Below, one piece after another: positions 1 through 10,327 of a stretch of DNA of 64,000 nt (within the stretch, counting starts at the first letter, position 1; every line of letters starts with the position of its first letter). The notes beneath the pieces are model-generated. The model was given only the letters and a program-made list of their open reading frames with translations. It was not told the origin of the DNA and made no database searches. Position numbers and translations under genes: made by a program. This DNA is from Candidatus Nanoarchaeia archaeon (GTDB lineage Archaea > Nanobdellota > Nanobdellia > Woesearchaeales > GW2011-AR4), in contig DATDZA010000018.1 of the NCBI GenBank assembly GCA_035288865.1, forward strand, positions 10,065 to 74,064. The letters run 5' to 3'.

Positions 1-113
1 CTGAACAGCCTTCTGTCTATCTAGAAATTCTTTAAACTTATTGCTCCCCATAGGGTTAGGATTATATATATCGGTATAAAAAGGTTGCGGGAACCTAAGC
101 TTTGTCCGAAAAG

Positions 114-509
114 TCATTTCCTCTTTATCAATCCAATAACGATAAAAATTATCCCTAATATTAAAGAAATTATTGACAAATAAAAGAACATATTAATAGT
201 TCTGCAAAAATTTAAAAATTCTTCAGAAATTGCACTACCCAATCCAGTCATCCAAGAATTACATACATTAAAACCTTCCAAAAGCGTGAAATATTGCCCT
301 TGTACATTTATCAACGAAAAATATATGTGACTAAAAAAAGTAGTTAATATCGATACAAAACCAAGAATCGACAAAACAAAACCTAAAAAAGTTAATCCTT
401 GATTCCTATTTTGAAATAATTTTCCTTCAGAAAATACACGCCAACTTAATCCAATTACTACAATTCCCAAAGAAATCAATGCGATTATAACCGTTTCATT
501 ATTACTCAT
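114..509 (-). CDS. hypothetical small integral membrane protein (131 aa, about 4 predicted TM helices)
   Basis: ORF is in the supplied track. It has long hydrophobic stretches and no recognisable catalytic motif. Confidence 0.35.
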   Translation of the reverse strand: MSNNETVIIALISLGIVVIGLSWRVFSEGKLFQNRNQGLTFLGFVLSILGFVSILTTFFSHIYFSLINVQGQYFTLLEGFNVCNSWMTGLGSAISEEFLNFCRTINMFFYLSIISLILGIIFIVIGLIKRK

Positions 510-645
510 GTATACTCATCAGAATATACTTTTTAATAAGGATATAAAAACTTTGTCATAAATACGCTTCGCCTCAAAACTACCATTGATTCAAAAGTAA
601 AATATTGACAGAAAGTAATATAAATATTCTTTATTTCAGGTCAAA

Positions 646-897
646 ATGGGTGAAAGTATGATTAAATGGAAAGATGAAAGGAAAGCATTGCTGGTGTGGC
701 TAATTTCAGATACTCCAGAGCATAGGGAATTTCTTATTAAAAACCTCGAAGGTAGTTCTGGGGCAATAAATACGATTTATGCTTCAAAAAAGAACATAAA
801 TGAGAATCTTAAATCACCTAAATTCTATAACGATAAAACTTATGACAAGATTTTAAAAAAATTTAGAGAACAAGGAATAAAACCTGATGTAGTTTAA
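646..897 (+). CDS. hypothetical small protein (83 aa)
   Basis: ORF only. Lys/Glu-rich with no recognisable motif. Confidence 0.25.
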   Translation: MGESMIKWKDERKALLVWLISDTPEHREFLIKNLEGSSGAINTIYASKKNINENLKSPKFYNDKTYDKILKKFREQGIKPDVV

Positions 898-910
898 AAT
901 GGGTTCATAA

Positions 911-1648
911 TCAAAACAACTTAAACCCTTTGCTCTCTTTTGCTGCTGTTATGCCTGCTTCAACTATTTTGAACAATAGCTCTTTTTCTGCCTGGATGTT
1001 TCTGTGTTTTCTTATGATGAGCCTCCGGTTTCCGTCCGGGGTTATCTGCAGCTCTATCAGGCATTTGCTTCCGTATTTGAGAATGTCCCCACCAACAATA
1101 TTGACCTTGTTCTTTTCATCAAAATCCATATAGATTTGATTGGTTATCAAAACAGGTATGTTTTTTTTTCTTGCAATTTCAGTAAGGTACCCTATTTGCC
1201 TTCCAAGTTCCCTGTTAACTTCCTGGAAATCTTCACTTTTGCCCAACTCCAGCCTGTAAAGCATTGCTATTGAATCAACAATAATAATTCCTATTTTATC
1301 ATTTACAATTTCCTTTAATTTTTCAAAGGATTTCTTTTGCTCGTCAAAGCTTGTTGGCCTAAGGAAAATCATGCCGTTTAATATTTCTTTGTAGTCATCA
1401 TTTGTGCTGGAAGCTACCTGTTTTAATCTTTCGACAGAAAAACCGCCTTCGCTGTCCACATAGATGACTTTCTTGCCGTTTTTGACTGCTGTCATCGCTG
1501 CCAAAATGCAGATTACCGTTTTGCCGGCGCCGGCAGGTCCGTAAATTGTTGTTATGACATCTTTTTCATAGCCGCCATTCAGTACTTCATCCAATATTCT
1601 GCTTCCGGTTGGCGTTTTGTTGTCAATGATATGATTTATTTCTTCCAT
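911..1648 (-). CDS. radB: RadB, archaeal RecA/RadA-family recombinase paralog
   Basis: Walker A GPAGAGKT, KaiC/RecA-like core (VDSIAMLYR..., PVLITNQ), and the 245-aa length typical of archaeal RadB. Confidence 0.8.
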   Translation of the reverse strand: MEEINHIIDNKTPTGSRILDEVLNGGYEKDVITTIYGPAGAGKTVICILAAMTAVKNGKKVIYVDSEGGFSVERLKQVASSTNDDYKEILNGMIFLRPTSFDEQKKSFEKLKEIVNDKIGIIIVDSIAMLYRLELGKSEDFQEVNRELGRQIGYLTEIARKKNIPVLITNQIYMDFDEKNKVNIVGGDILKYGSKCLIELQITPDGNRRLIIRKHRNIQAEKELLFKIVEAGITAAKESKGFKLF

Positions 1649-1799
1649 TCCTGATTAGTATAACCCAGATTATTATAAAATTTGCTATAAATCATCTTTA
1701 TCGTTACAATTTTAAAAATTAAAATTTTATTAGCAAAATTCCGAATGAACTAAACTTTTTTATCACAAACTTTTAATATCGAACCACTTAACTTAACTT

Positions 1800-2102
1800 A
1801 TGGAAAAAGCAGGCAATAAATTCAAGAAATCAAGCCTTAAAGCAATGATATCATTTATTTTTGGATTAACATTCTGGATACCTATACTTAATCTTATTTT
1901 TGGAATTGGGGCGATATATTTCGGCATGAGAGCTTTGATAAATATTAAAAAAGAACCGTCAAAATACGATGGGAAATGGCTTGCTTTAACCGGTATAAGT
2001 CTTGGAGCCTTAGTATGGATAACTTATTTTATTGGTGTTGGCATGTGCCTATTCGGAAATAAGAGCATATGCACCAGCATAGGGCTAAAATTCTTGGCCT
2101 AG
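1800..2102 (+). CDS. small membrane protein (two TM helices, DUF4190-like)
   Basis: Two hydrophobic helices flanking the conserved-looking segment KKEPSKYDGKWLALTGISLG. Confidence 0.35.
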   Translation: MEKAGNKFKKSSLKAMISFIFGLTFWIPILNLIFGIGAIYFGMRALINIKKEPSKYDGKWLALTGISLGALVWITYFIGVGMCLFGNKSICTSIGLKFLA

Positions 2103-2156
2103 CTATCAGAAACGTTTAAAAGCTCACCTGCTTATTCTTAATAACAATTTGACCCA

Positions 2157-3401
2157 ATGAAAGACATAATAATGCTTATATCCAGCGTGCTTTTCGGAGT
2201 GCTGTTTGCTTTTTTAGTTTTCATCTTTTCAGTTTTTGTTATTTCAAGATTTTTCAAGCATAAAACCGTGAAATTCGAGCCAAATGTAAGCATAGTGATT
2301 CCTGCTTATAATGAGGAAAAAAATATACAAGAGTGTGTGGATTCTGTTTTTAACTCTGATTATCCAAAAGAAAAGATGGAAGTCATAGTTGTTGATGACG
2401 GCTCAAAAGACAACACGCTGGAACTGCTTAAAAAATATAAAAAAATCAAAATACTCAGGCAAAACCATCTTGGGAAAGTCGAAGCGCTGAATTTGGGCGC
2501 AAGAAGTTCTTCCCATGATTTTATTTTTACAGCTGATGCCGACACAACTCTTGACAAGAACTGCCTCCGCGAACTGCTAATTCCCCTGGCTGATGAAAAA
2601 GTCGGGGCCACAACAGGAAACAACAACGTAAAAAATAAAAAATCCATTGCAAGCGCCTTTCAGAATGTGGAATACCATTTCATCAACCTGATAGCAAACA
2701 GCTTCTCAACAGTTTTTAACAACGGGATTTGGTTTTCCGGGTCGCTGGCATGCTACAGGAAAACTACTCTAAAAAAAATCGGCCACTTCAAAAAAGACAC
2801 ATTGGCAGAAGACCAGGACATAGCTTTGGAAATGAGAAGAGCTGGATATAAAACATTAAATTCGCCAATGGCATTCGGCTATACAGTTGTTCCTGATAAT
2901 TTTAAGGATTTATACAAACAGCGCTCCAGATGGTGGATTGGAACCCTCCAGTCAATAGTCAAAAACAAGACACTGTTTTCAAGGAAATCCTCCCCGTCGA
3001 TAATTTTTTTTTACATCAGCCAGTTCTGGTGGTCGTTCTATGCATTTCTGTCATTGCCGCTGATAATTTATCAAGTCAATTACTGGCTTCCATATAACAC
3101 TCAGAGTTTTTATGCTGTTTTCAGCTATTTTTTCAAGTGGTTCAGCCTGCTCGGCCCCGTTTATGTCATATACCAAATTCCTGATTCCGGCGTCTCAATA
3201 TACAGTATTTTTGGCGTGCTGTCGGGCCTGATGACAACTATCTTAAGCATATCTGCCCTCAAGATATTTAAAGATAGGATAACCTTAAAAAACGTGCTGG
3301 CAATCTTCTTTTACTTTCCTTATACAATAGTTTTAAATATAATAATCTTAGTCAGCTTATTGAGGAACCGGTTTTGGACCAAAAGCTACTATATAAAGTG
3401 A
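2157..3401 (+). CDS. processive-type family 2 glycosyltransferase (membrane-anchored)
   Basis: N-terminal TM helix, SIVIPAYNEE, DDGSKDNT, a DAD motif, and QRSRWW (QxxRW) followed by several C-terminal TM helices. This is the synthase-like GT2 architecture. Confidence 0.8.
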   Translation: MKDIIMLISSVLFGVLFAFLVFIFSVFVISRFFKHKTVKFEPNVSIVIPAYNEEKNIQECVDSVFNSDYPKEKMEVIVVDDGSKDNTLELLKKYKKIKILRQNHLGKVEALNLGARSSSHDFIFTADADTTLDKNCLRELLIPLADEKVGATTGNNNVKNKKSIASAFQNVEYHFINLIANSFSTVFNNGIWFSGSLACYRKTTLKKIGHFKKDTLAEDQDIALEMRRAGYKTLNSPMAFGYTVVPDNFKDLYKQRSRWWIGTLQSIVKNKTLFSRKSSPSIIFFYISQFWWSFYAFLSLPLIIYQVNYWLPYNTQSFYAVFSYFFKWFSLLGPVYVIYQIPDSGVSIYSIFGVLSGLMTTILSISALKIFKDRITLKNVLAIFFYFPYTIVLNIIILVSLLRNRFWTKSYYIK

Positions 3402-3405
3402 GATA

Positions 3406-4755
3406 ATGAGCCTAATTAATATCATAAAACAATATGTTGCCTTATTTGCGGACAGGGTAACAAGCTTTTTTTCATGGTATAGTTCTATCGGAAGAAATAT
3501 ATTGGACGTTTTGCATAATATATTTGAAAGCACCTTTAAAGTTCTACTGGTAATTACAGTTATTATGTCAGCAATATACCTGGTAATGGCAATTTATGCC
3601 GCCTTCCACAAACAAAAAAAGAAAGAAGATAAGGAATACAAAGGGGAACTGCCTTTTGTTACAGTGCAGATTCCTACATTTAATGAGCTCGTTGCGATAA
3701 GGTGCGCTGAGAGCTGTTTAAGATTTGATTACCCGCAAGACAAGTACGAGATAATCATTGGTGATGACAGCAACAGGCCGGAGGTTTCAGCAAAAATAAC
3801 GCAGTTTGCGCAAAAGCACGATTTGGTGAAAGTAATAAAAAGGGAAACTAACGAAGGCTACAAGCCAGGCAACCTGAACAATATGCTGAAATATTCCAAA
3901 GGAGAAGTTTTGGTTGTATTTGACTCTGATTTTGTACCCGAGCCGGATTTTCTTTCTAGAATTGTCACGCCATTTATGAAAGACGGGAATATTGCCGGAG
4001 TTCAGGCAAGATGGAAATTAATAAACCCGGGTCAAAATATGGTGACCTCGCTTGGCGCAACAATAATCTATACATGCCATTATGTGACTCTGCCTTTTAT
4101 TCACACTCAAAGAAAAATAAGCTTTCTGTGCGGCTCGGCAGAGGCTGTAAGAAAGAGCACTTTGATTGAATTAGGCGGATGGGAATCCGGAAATCTGACT
4201 GAGGACATTGAATTCTCTTTGAAGCTTCTCGAAAGTGGATATAAAATAGAATACATTGAAGGCCTTGATTGCGACGGGGAAGTGCCTCATACTTTGAGAG
4301 ATTTGTATCGACAGCAGATGCGGTGGGCTTATGGCGTCATATATTCATGGAAAAATCACTTTTTCACTATCTTAAGAAGCAAAAAAATCAGCCTGATTGA
4401 TAAAACTTACATGGCAATTTTCTTGAGCGGCTATCTTATTGCCGTGCTATTGGCAGCACTTTTTACAACCGGAACGCTGAGCTTCATAACACATGCTCCT
4501 GCTCCTGTCGAATGGGGGAAGCTCAGTTATGAATTGACAAGAAACATTCTCCTCACGAGCGGTTTGCTGATTGCAGGATGCGTGGCTTTGCTAAAAGCAA
4601 ACAAAAGCAAACTGACTCTGAAAATGATAGCATCGTCATTCAGCTACGGATTAGTTGTGACTTACTATGTAAACGTTGGCATAATAAAAGCCATTGCAAA
4701 AGTTCCAATGGAGTGGTATATGCTGAATAAGCATGGGAATAAGCTAATCGACTAA
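3406..4755 (+). CDS. processive-type family 2 glycosyltransferase (second tandem copy)
   Basis: VTVQIPTFNE, GDDSNRPE, DSD and RQQMRW (QxxRW) motifs with C-terminal TM helices. It starts 4 nt after the previous GT2 gene. Confidence 0.8.
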   Translation: MSLINIIKQYVALFADRVTSFFSWYSSIGRNILDVLHNIFESTFKVLLVITVIMSAIYLVMAIYAAFHKQKKKEDKEYKGELPFVTVQIPTFNELVAIRCAESCLRFDYPQDKYEIIIGDDSNRPEVSAKITQFAQKHDLVKVIKRETNEGYKPGNLNNMLKYSKGEVLVVFDSDFVPEPDFLSRIVTPFMKDGNIAGVQARWKLINPGQNMVTSLGATIIYTCHYVTLPFIHTQRKISFLCGSAEAVRKSTLIELGGWESGNLTEDIEFSLKLLESGYKIEYIEGLDCDGEVPHTLRDLYRQQMRWAYGVIYSWKNHFFTILRSKKISLIDKTYMAIFLSGYLIAVLLAALFTTGTLSFITHAPAPVEWGKLSYELTRNILLTSGLLIAGCVALLKANKSKLTLKMIASSFSYGLVVTYYVNVGIIKAIAKVPMEWYMLNKHGNKLID

Positions 4756-4779
4756 TATAATTCTTATCAGGCTGTTAAA

Positions 4780-6186
4780 ATGAAACTGAAAGATAATTCA
4801 GGGTTAGTTATTGTAATCATATTGTTCCTGATCCTCAATTTTGCTTTTATAAGTTTTGATAATGCTGGGTGGGACTCGGCAGTTTATGTCGGTATGGGGA
4901 AATATTTGTTTTCTCACGGCCAGGCAGGATTATGGGAGCCTATAAGGCCATTAACACTTCCGATAATTCTTGGATTCTTCTGGAAGATTGGATTAAATCC
5001 ACTAATATCTGGAGAAATATTTATTTTGCTGATTTCTATTGGAGTAATAATCTTAGCTTATACGCTATCCAATAAATTATTTGATAAAAATACTGCAATT
5101 GCCGCTTCAATTTTACTTGCTTTTTCTACTTTAATGCTAAAGGCAGGCCATCAGATACTGGTCGAGATTTTAGCTGTTTTCTTCCTATTGCTGGGATTTT
5201 ATTTTTATCTTGAGAAGAAAAATTTTATTTCTGGAGTTTTATTTGGTCTTGCTTTCCTGACCAAATTTCCTTCAGGACTTTTTTTGATTGTGATATTTAT
5301 TATAGAAACATTTTATTTATCTTTCAACAAGCATGATTTTTCTAAATATTTTAAAAAGATTTTTTATATAGGATTTGGATTCATCTTGATAATTTTCCCA
5401 TATTTCTTGTTTAATTATTTCAGCTATGATGCTATTTTATTTCCATTAAAATCCGCGCAATATGTCATAGACAATGTTGTCGGCTGCAACATACTTTACA
5501 GGCAGCCGTTTTATTATTATTTTCCCTTGATTGTACGGGATAATTTTCTGTTTTTATTTTTCATAATTGGGACTACCTTTGTATTTTTTAATAAAAACAA
5601 AATCAATAAGGTTCAAATTTTATTTTATGTCGCTGCATCCCTTATCTATTTTTCCAGCCTGGGCTGCAAGACGGAAAGATATCCCGTGCTTGTGCTGCCT
5701 TTTATTGCCATGATTTCCGGTTATGGTATTACCAGAATTTTTAGCAGATTGAACACGAAATATATCAAAATTGCATTAACCCTTGTATTTTTAATATCTT
5801 TATTCTTAGTTTTGAATTATACAATAAGAAATTTTCATCAAAACTTAAATAATAAGGAATTTTATTCTTATATGTCTTATAAAAAAATTAACGGAGAAGT
5901 ACTGACGACAAATCCATTTATTACAATATATTCCGATACAAAACTAAATTTGATTTATTATCCGCTTTATAATTCCAGCAGAATAGATTATTATCTCAAT
6001 TATGTTAATAAAAATAAATCCAATATTTCTTATATTTTAGTGGATACGGGAGATATACCCTGCCATCCAAAAGACTCTGAATGCCCCAAGAAAACCACAC
6101 AGTTCATTAATTTATTAAAGAATAATTTTAAAATTTCTTATTATAAAAAAATTAATGAGAATGAGCAGTTTATTTTTTCGCAATGA
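4780..6186 (+). CDS. GT-C fold membrane glycosyltransferase (ArnT/PMT-like, about 11 TM helices plus C-terminal soluble domain)
   Basis: Multi-pass hydrophobic N-terminal two-thirds, a short loop after TM1, and a C-terminal hydrophilic domain. No WWDYG motif is present. Confidence 0.5.
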   Translation: MKLKDNSGLVIVIILFLILNFAFISFDNAGWDSAVYVGMGKYLFSHGQAGLWEPIRPLTLPIILGFFWKIGLNPLISGEIFILLISIGVIILAYTLSNKLFDKNTAIAASILLAFSTLMLKAGHQILVEILAVFFLLLGFYFYLEKKNFISGVLFGLAFLTKFPSGLFLIVIFIIETFYLSFNKHDFSKYFKKIFYIGFGFILIIFPYFLFNYFSYDAILFPLKSAQYVIDNVVGCNILYRQPFYYYFPLIVRDNFLFLFFIIGTTFVFFNKNKINKVQILFYVAASLIYFSSLGCKTERYPVLVLPFIAMISGYGITRIFSRLNTKYIKIALTLVFLISLFLVLNYTIRNFHQNLNNKEFYSYMSYKKINGEVLTTNPFITIYSDTKLNLIYYPLYNSSRIDYYLNYVNKNKSNISYILVDTGDIPCHPKDSECPKKTTQFINLLKNNFKISYYKKINENEQFIFSQ

Positions 6187-6781
6187 TTATGAAGTGTGAA
6201 TAAAAGAAATTATCACACCTGATCGTTTCAGTCTTTATATTACTTTCTTTGAAAAAGGATTCAAACCATTCATGATTTCTAAAATAGAGCTTATCATTTA
6301 GGGTCATTATTTTGTCATGCATATAGTTCCATAAATACTTATGAAACGGCTTCCTGTCAATATCCTTGATTATAATTAAATTATTTTTTTTCATGGATTT
6401 TATTATGCTGTTCAATAGAAGAATCTGCTTATCATAAGAGATATGATGAAGAACATCAACCAATAAATGAATATCTGATTTTCTAATTATTATTTTTGAA
6501 GCATCTCCGACTTCAAATTTTACATTCGCGATATTCCTGCCGATTAATCTTGCTTTTTTAATTCTTTCAGCATTAAACTCTATTCCGATTATTTTCCTGT
6601 ATTTTGATGATAACCCGAGATAAAAAGAAATAATTCCAAAGCCGCACCCATAGTCTATTATTTTGCCGCTTTTTGGCACAATTTCATCGATATTCTTTAT
6701 GGGCAGGATTAGGAACCTCAGATAAGTGTATACTTTCAGTCCCAAAGTTGGGCATCTTTTGGCTATTTCATTTGTGCTCAT
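6170..6781 (-). CDS. class I SAM-dependent methyltransferase
   Basis: Motif I IIDYGCGFGIISFYL, then acidic motif II (IGIEFN) and LLVDVLHH. Confidence 0.7.
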   Translation of the reverse strand: MSTNEIAKRCPTLGLKVYTYLRFLILPIKNIDEIVPKSGKIIDYGCGFGIISFYLGLSSKYRKIIGIEFNAERIKKARLIGRNIANVKFEVGDASKIIIRKSDIHLLVDVLHHISYDKQILLLNSIIKSMKKNNLIIIKDIDRKPFHKYLWNYMHDKIMTLNDKLYFRNHEWFESFFKESNIKTETIRCDNFFYSHFIIIAKK

Positions 6782-6832
6782 TAATATCTGCAGATAAAAA
6801 CTTATTTAAATAACTATTGCGAATCTGTCGTA

Positions 6833-7684
6833 ATGAGGGCGTTTAACTATGTTAGGATAATGCGGCCAGAACAGTGGTACAAAAATCTTCTAGTTTTTCT
6901 TGCGATATTTTTCTCATTCAATATTTTTAATTTTGAAAAGCTGATATCAAGTTTTTTCGGTTTTTTAATTTTAATAATACTCTCGTCTGCAAATTATATT
7001 ATTAATGATGTTGCAGACAGAAGAAACGATCTTCAGGATATATCTAAGAAATCCAGAATGATAGCCTCGGGAAGAATACCTATTCAAAATGCAGCTATTT
7101 TCTCAATCATTTTGTTTTCTGCCGGCCTGTATTTATCTTATTTGATAAGCATAAATTTCTTTTGGCTTATGTTATTTTTTGTGATTATCTCAACTGCTTA
7201 CTCATTTTACCTGAAAAAAGAGATTTTTGCCGACATACTTTTGATTGCCGTTAATTTTGCAATAAGGGCGGTCGCAGGAGCAGTTATAATTAATGTTTAC
7301 ATATCTTCCTGGCTTATTTTGTGCCCTTTTTTTCTTTCACTTTTTCTTTCCGTCGGAAAAAGAAGAGTTGAGCTTGCAAATCTGGGCAAAAGAGCGGTAA
7401 TGCATAGGAATACATTGTTATATTATACTGAAGAAATGACCGCCGCCTTGATGATAATAACGACTGCGGTCCTTATTGTTGCCTATACTTTCTATACTTT
7501 GACTGTGGATTATGAATTAATTTTAACTTTGCCTGTTGTGCTTTACGCAATATTCAGATATTTTCAATTTATTTACACCAATTCAAAAATCGCCAGAAAT
7601 CCGGAATTGGTTTTGACCGACAAAAGGTTTGCTGCAGCCCTTATATTGTGGATTGTTATAACTTTTGCAGTGCTTTATTATTGA
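6833..7684 (+). CDS. UbiA-family prenyltransferase (membrane)
   Basis: NDVADRRNDLQD (NDxxDxxxD) motif and about 8 TM helices. Confidence 0.75.
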   Translation: MRAFNYVRIMRPEQWYKNLLVFLAIFFSFNIFNFEKLISSFFGFLILIILSSANYIINDVADRRNDLQDISKKSRMIASGRIPIQNAAIFSIILFSAGLYLSYLISINFFWLMLFFVIISTAYSFYLKKEIFADILLIAVNFAIRAVAGAVIINVYISSWLILCPFFLSLFLSVGKRRVELANLGKRAVMHRNTLLYYTEEMTAALMIITTAVLIVAYTFYTLTVDYELILTLPVVLYAIFRYFQFIYTNSKIARNPELVLTDKRFAAALILWIVITFAVLYY

Positions 7685-8163
7685 GTCTTTTTTATTTTTA
7701 TAAAATCTCCTAATGTGAAACCGCTTTCTGCCTTTGTTTTCTGCATCTGGTGCTTTTCTTCGTGCTCTTCCACTAATTTTATTCCAAGAATTCTCTCAAG
7801 CTTTCGTGCCATTTCCAAAGTAGGCTCAAAGGCGCCGGTTTCAATGTGATGAATCATTGATTCTTTTTCATTCAGCTTCATGGCAAAATCTTTTTGGCTC
7901 AAGCCCACCGACTCGCGTCTTTTTTTAATTAAATCCGCGTAATCCTCGACAAGAATTTGTATTTTTTCCTCTTTTGAAGCCTGCGGCTGGGCTCTTTGAA
8001 TCATTTTATGCTGCTCTTTTGGAGAATATCTTTTTACTTCTGCGATTACTTTTCCGAATTTGCTGCAGGCTCCGCATACAGTTAACTCAACACCTTCAAT
8101 AAGTGTTCTGCTTAATTGCTCACCAACTTTTCCGCATAAATCACAGTTAATTTGAATCACCAA
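7678..8163 (-). CDS. mbf1: archaeal multiprotein-bridging factor 1 (aMBF1; zinc ribbon + HTH)
   Basis: N-terminal CDLCG...CGAC zinc ribbon and a C-terminal XRE-type HTH (LSQKDFAMKLNEKESMIHHIETG). Confidence 0.8.
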   Translation of the reverse strand: MVIQINCDLCGKVGEQLSRTLIEGVELTVCGACSKFGKVIAEVKRYSPKEQHKMIQRAQPQASKEEKIQILVEDYADLIKKRRESVGLSQKDFAMKLNEKESMIHHIETGAFEPTLEMARKLERILGIKLVEEHEEKHQMQKTKAESGFTLGDFIKIKKTQ

Positions 8164-8557
8164 TAATTGTTACAACTATTTTTCTATCGCTTCGAGGCCC
8201 ATCAAGTTCACAAAATTGAAGCGCCTGCCACTGACCAAGCTGTAATTTACCATTATTTATAGGTATTGTTTCGCTGGCTCCCAGGATTGCTGATTTTAGG
8301 TGCGAGTCCGCATTGCCGTCAATTTTGTCGTGGCGCCAGATTCCGCTTGGTATTATTTTATTTAAAAAATCCAGCAAATCCAGGCAGATATTTGGGTCAT
8401 AGTTTTCGTTTATGATTATTGCTGCCGTTGCATGTGCCGTGAAAACATTGCACAAACCATTTTTTATTTTTGACTTTTTTACTAATGAATTGACCTGATC
8501 GGTAATATCCGTTAACTCCTGCTTTTTGGTGGTTGATAATACAATGCTTTCCTGCAT
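8147..8557 (-). CDS. YjbQ/UPF0047 family protein (secondary thiamine-phosphate synthase-like)
   Basis: Family-typical segments CNVFTAHATAAIIINEN...HLKSAILGASETIPI.... Confidence 0.7.
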   Translation of the reverse strand: MQESIVLSTTKKQELTDITDQVNSLVKKSKIKNGLCNVFTAHATAAIIINENYDPNICLDLLDFLNKIIPSGIWRHDKIDGNADSHLKSAILGASETIPINNGKLQLGQWQALQFCELDGPRSDRKIVVTIIGDSN

Positions 8558-8610
8558 AAATTAAGAAAAGACTAAGAATATTTAAATATAATCCTATAAA
8601 ACTGAGCAAT

Positions 8611-9135
8611 ATGAATATAATCGTAGTTACCGGAACACCAGGCACAGGAAAGACAACTTTGTCTAAATTGCTTGGTAAGAAATTGAATTTCTATTATCTT
8701 GATGTTAATAACTTTATTTCTAAGCATAAATTATCCGAAGGTTATGATAGGAAAATGCAAACTAAAATTATTGACGTTAATAAATTGAATGATAAACTTA
8801 TTAATGAAATAAAATTAATCCAGAAATCAAATAAAACTAATAAATATGGAAAATTTAAACAATTAAAAGGAATAATAATTGATTCTCATCTTTCACATTA
8901 TCTGCCACGAAAATATGCTGATTTCTGCATTGTTGCTAAATGTGGTATCAAAGAACTGAATAAACGGCTGAATAGGAAAAAATTTCATCAATCAAAAATA
9001 AAAGAAAATATTGAGGCTGAGATTTTTGATGTTTGCCTGAACGAAGCAAAACAAAGAAAACATAAAATCATTACAATAGACACTACAAAAGGTTTTAATA
9101 TTAATAGATTAATCAAGAGAATTGGTGGTCAATAA
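8611..9135 (+). CDS. P-loop nucleoside-monophosphate kinase (adenylate kinase isoenzyme 6/Fap7-like)
   Basis: Walker A VVTGTPGTGKTT and short NMP-kinase length. Ordinary housekeeping context. Confidence 0.55.
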   Translation: MNIIVVTGTPGTGKTTLSKLLGKKLNFYYLDVNNFISKHKLSEGYDRKMQTKIIDVNKLNDKLINEIKLIQKSNKTNKYGKFKQLKGIIIDSHLSHYLPRKYADFCIVAKCGIKELNKRLNRKKFHQSKIKENIEAEIFDVCLNEAKQRKHKIITIDTTKGFNINRLIKRIGGQ

Positions 9136-10302
9136 ATGCTATCTCAAAGGGCAAGAAATATAGCGCCGAGCGCTACTTTGGCGATTGATGCAAAAGCCAA
9201 GCAGCTGAAGAAAGAAGGGAAAGATGTAGTCATTTTCGGGGCAGGAGAGCCGGATTTTAATACTCCTGAAAATGTGAAGCAAGCTGCGAAAAAGGCGATT
9301 GACAATAACATTACGAGGTACACTCCTTCGGGCGGTATGGCTGAGCTGAAGAAAGCGGTGGCAGATAAATTAATTAGGGACAATAAATTAAGCTATGATG
9401 TTTCTGAAATTTTAATAAGCTGCGGAGGAAAGCATTCACTTTACAATATAATGATGTGCGTTCTTGAGAAAGGGGATGAAGCCATTTTGCCAACTCCTTA
9501 CTGGGTGAGCTACGATGAAATGGTTAAGCTTGCGGAAGCTAAGACGGTCTTATGTGAAACTGACAGTAAATTCAAGCTGACTGCAGAAATGGTTGAATCT
9601 AAGATAACTCCAAAAACAAAGATGCTTATTTTAAACAGCCCCAGCAATCCAACGGGAGCCGTATTTGACCAGGAAGAAATCAAGAAAATTGCCGAGCTTG
9701 CTGTGAGGCACAATTTTTATGTTGTTTCTGACGAGGTTTACGAGCATTTTGTCTATGGCAACAATAAACAGGTAAGCATCGCCTCTTTTGGGGAAGATAT
9801 CAAAAAGATTACACTCATCTCAAATTCTGTTTCAAAAACTTATGCAATGACAGGCTGGAGAATTGGATACACATCGGGTCCCAAGGAAATAATCAAAGCA
9901 ATGGATAACTTGCAGGGGCATTCAACTTCCAACCCCACAAGCGTAGCGCAGATGGCTGCCATTGAAGCGCTTTCCGGGCCGCAGGATTCTGTGAAAACCA
10001 TGGTCAAGGCTTTTGATGAGAGGAGGAAATTTATTTACAAGAGATTAAACGAGATTGATGGCATTTCATGCATTGAACCGGAAGGCGCTTTTTATGCATT
10101 TCCGAATATCGAAGAGACTGGAATGGATTCAATGACTTTTGCATCCAAACTGCTTGATGAAGCGCTTGTTGCCGTTGTTCCGGGCATTGCATTTGGAAGC
10201 GACAAGCATGTCAGATTAAGCTATGCAACTTCAATACATGAAATTACCCGGGGTATGGACAGGATAGAGAAGTGGCTGAAGCATAATACGATAAAGATTT
10301 GA
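9136..10302 (+). CDS. class I pyridoxal-phosphate aminotransferase (aspartate aminotransferase-like)
   Basis: SVSKTYAMTGWRIGY (PLP-lysine motif) and GEPDFNTP. The start codon abuts the upstream stop. Confidence 0.8.
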   Translation: MLSQRARNIAPSATLAIDAKAKQLKKEGKDVVIFGAGEPDFNTPENVKQAAKKAIDNNITRYTPSGGMAELKKAVADKLIRDNKLSYDVSEILISCGGKHSLYNIMMCVLEKGDEAILPTPYWVSYDEMVKLAEAKTVLCETDSKFKLTAEMVESKITPKTKMLILNSPSNPTGAVFDQEEIKKIAELAVRHNFYVVSDEVYEHFVYGNNKQVSIASFGEDIKKITLISNSVSKTYAMTGWRIGYTSGPKEIIKAMDNLQGHSTSNPTSVAQMAAIEALSGPQDSVKTMVKAFDERRKFIYKRLNEIDGISCIEPEGAFYAFPNIEETGMDSMTFASKLLDEALVAVVPGIAFGSDKHVRLSYATSIHEITRGMDRIEKWLKHNTIKI

Positions 10303-10327
10303 AAACCTTCTTAGGGGTAATAAACTT

